DNA of 64,000 bases from Kofleriaceae bacterium (GTDB taxonomy: Bacteria > Myxococcota_A > Polyangia > Haliangiales > Haliangiaceae): NCBI GenBank assembly GCA_965215005.1, contig CBDCCZ010000023.1:1-64000 (forward strand). Direction: 5' to 3'. The position numbers and the translations under genes were made by a program. Below are positions 62,889 through 64,000 of the stretch, one piece after another. The notes under the pieces were generated by a model. The model saw only the letters and a list, made by a program, of their open reading frames with translations. It was not told where the DNA came from and ran no database searches. Every line of letters starts with the position of its first letter. The first letter of the stretch is position 1.

Positions 62889-63401
62889 ATGGGCGGTCCC
62901 AAAGCTGTCACAGCATCGCCGGCATCCGCTCAGGGTCGCCCAAGCCGTCGTCGAGCAGTCGATCGCATCATTGAAACGGCGATTTACTTGCAGGCCGAGA
63001 GTCGCCGCCTCGCGCGCGAGCAATGCGCGCTGCACGGCATCACCGCCACCCAGCTCAACGTGCTCAAGCTCCTGCAAGAAATGGGCGGCCTGTCGCTCTC
63101 GGAGCTGTCGCGTCGCATGGCAGCGAAGAACTCGACCATCACCGGCATCATCGACCGCATGGTTGCCGCCGACCTCGTGGTGCGTGAGCAATCGGAGCGC
63201 GATCGCCGCGTGTGGACCATCGCGCTCACGCAACGCGGCGGCGAGCTCGCGGAATCACTCGAGGTCGCGCCGTGGGATCTACTGCGCAGTGCGCTGCGCT
63301 CCCTGCCCCACCTCGAGCTCGAGCAACTGATCGGCAGCCTCACGAAGGTAGCCGCCCACGTACGAGCCGCCGTCGCGTCAGCCGAAGGAGAATCGCCATG
63401 A
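62889..63401 (+). CDS. MarR family transcriptional regulator
   Basis: [10 protein letters not shown]...LSELS...[10 protein letters not shown]...LV.R...DRR...LT.RG. Confidence 0.9.
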   Translation: MGGPKAVTASPASAQGRPSRRRAVDRIIETAIYLQAESRRLAREQCALHGITATQLNVLKLLQEMGGLSLSELSRRMAAKNSTITGIIDRMVAADLVVREQSERDRRVWTIALTQRGGELAESLEVAPWDLLRSALRSLPHLELEQLIGSLTKVAAHVRAAVASAEGESP

Positions 63402-64000
63402 GCAGCGAAGACAACGTCATCATCTCGTGCGCCCTCACCGGCGCGGTCACGACCAAAGCCCATTGCCCCGGCATCCCGTACACACCGGTGGAAATTGCCG
63501 AAGAAGCCAAGCGCGCCTATGACGCCGGTGCTGCGATCGTGCACATTCACGCGCGCACCGAGACGGGCGCGCCGTCATGGGATCGTGACACGTTCGCCGC
63601 CATCATGACCGAGGTCAAAGAGCGCTGTCCGGTGCTGATCAACTGGTCAACTGGTGGCGCAGGTCCGATGAGCCAGCGAGTGGCGCACCTTGGGCTGCGA
63701 CCCGCCATCGCTGCTCTGAACATGGGCTCGATGAACTACGCGAAATGGTCGCAAAAGCGCGGCGACTTTGCGTTCAAGTTCGTCTTCCAAAACAGCTTCG
63801 ACGACATCGTGGCATTCGCCAAAGCCATCAAAGAAGCCGGCGCCAAGGCGGAGCTCGAGTGCTTCGATACCGGCCACGTGTATTCGCACACGGTGCTCGA
63901 ACAGCTCGCGCTCATCGACAAGCCGTATCACTTCTCCTTCATCATGGGCGTGCTCGGCGGCATTCCTGCTACGGCTCGGCACCTTGGGTTTCAAGCGCAG
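63398..64000 (+). CDS. 3-keto-5-aminohexanoate cleavage enzyme family (BKACE/DUF849), partial
   Basis: Manual translation [16 protein letters not shown]...[27 protein letters not shown]...LNMGSMN...ELECFDTGH; runs off the window end. Confidence 0.92.
   Translation, partial: MSSEDNVIISCALTGAVTTKAHCPGIPYTPVEIAEEAKRAYDAGAAIVHIHARTETGAPSWDRDTFAAIMTEVKERCPVLINWSTGGAGPMSQRVAHLGLRPAIAALNMGSMNYAKWSQKRGDFAFKFVFQNSFDDIVAFAKAIKEAGAKAELECFDTGHVYSHTVLEQLALIDKPYHFSFIMGVLGGIPATARHLGFQAQ

Overview
High-GC window that looks like Myxococcota (several Ser/Thr kinases, AgmX/PglI, fibro-slime/Cys-rich and PilZ genes). Positions 1-~7.3 kb are the edge of a mobile or decayed island. A complete IS66 (88-2615, 8-bp TSD GCCCCTCC) sits inside an IS21-like element. 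That element sits inside a second IS66 copy, which in turn interrupts an M16 peptidase gene. Next come a possible double-glycine peptide ORF, an ISKra4-like fragment and an AbiEii-like fragment. The rest is mostly chromosomal: signalling, metabolism (upp, kynA, acyl-CoA dehydrogenase, Mo-oxidoreductase, OPT, guaB1, FMO, acyl-CoA carboxylase) and two identical, convergently oriented tRNA-fMet genes. Best candidates for something new: (1) a compact DUF3348-DUF802-DUF2894-like (Zorya type III-like) operon with no ZorB/OmpA gene and an apparently degenerate ZorA; (2) an unannotated 40-aa double-glycine peptide gene (core KGEIIW) facing a 1.5k-aa kinase-AAA-TPR gene; (3) an intact RAYT-like gene whose catalytic residues are all replaced; (4) LtrA-KirBac, PYP-histidine kinase and phosphatase-PilZ fusions; (5) a tandem array that repeats the tRNA 3' end. 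Family calls come from recognising motifs by eye; no database searches were run. At least one homopolymer frameshift suggests the assembly may contain indel errors.
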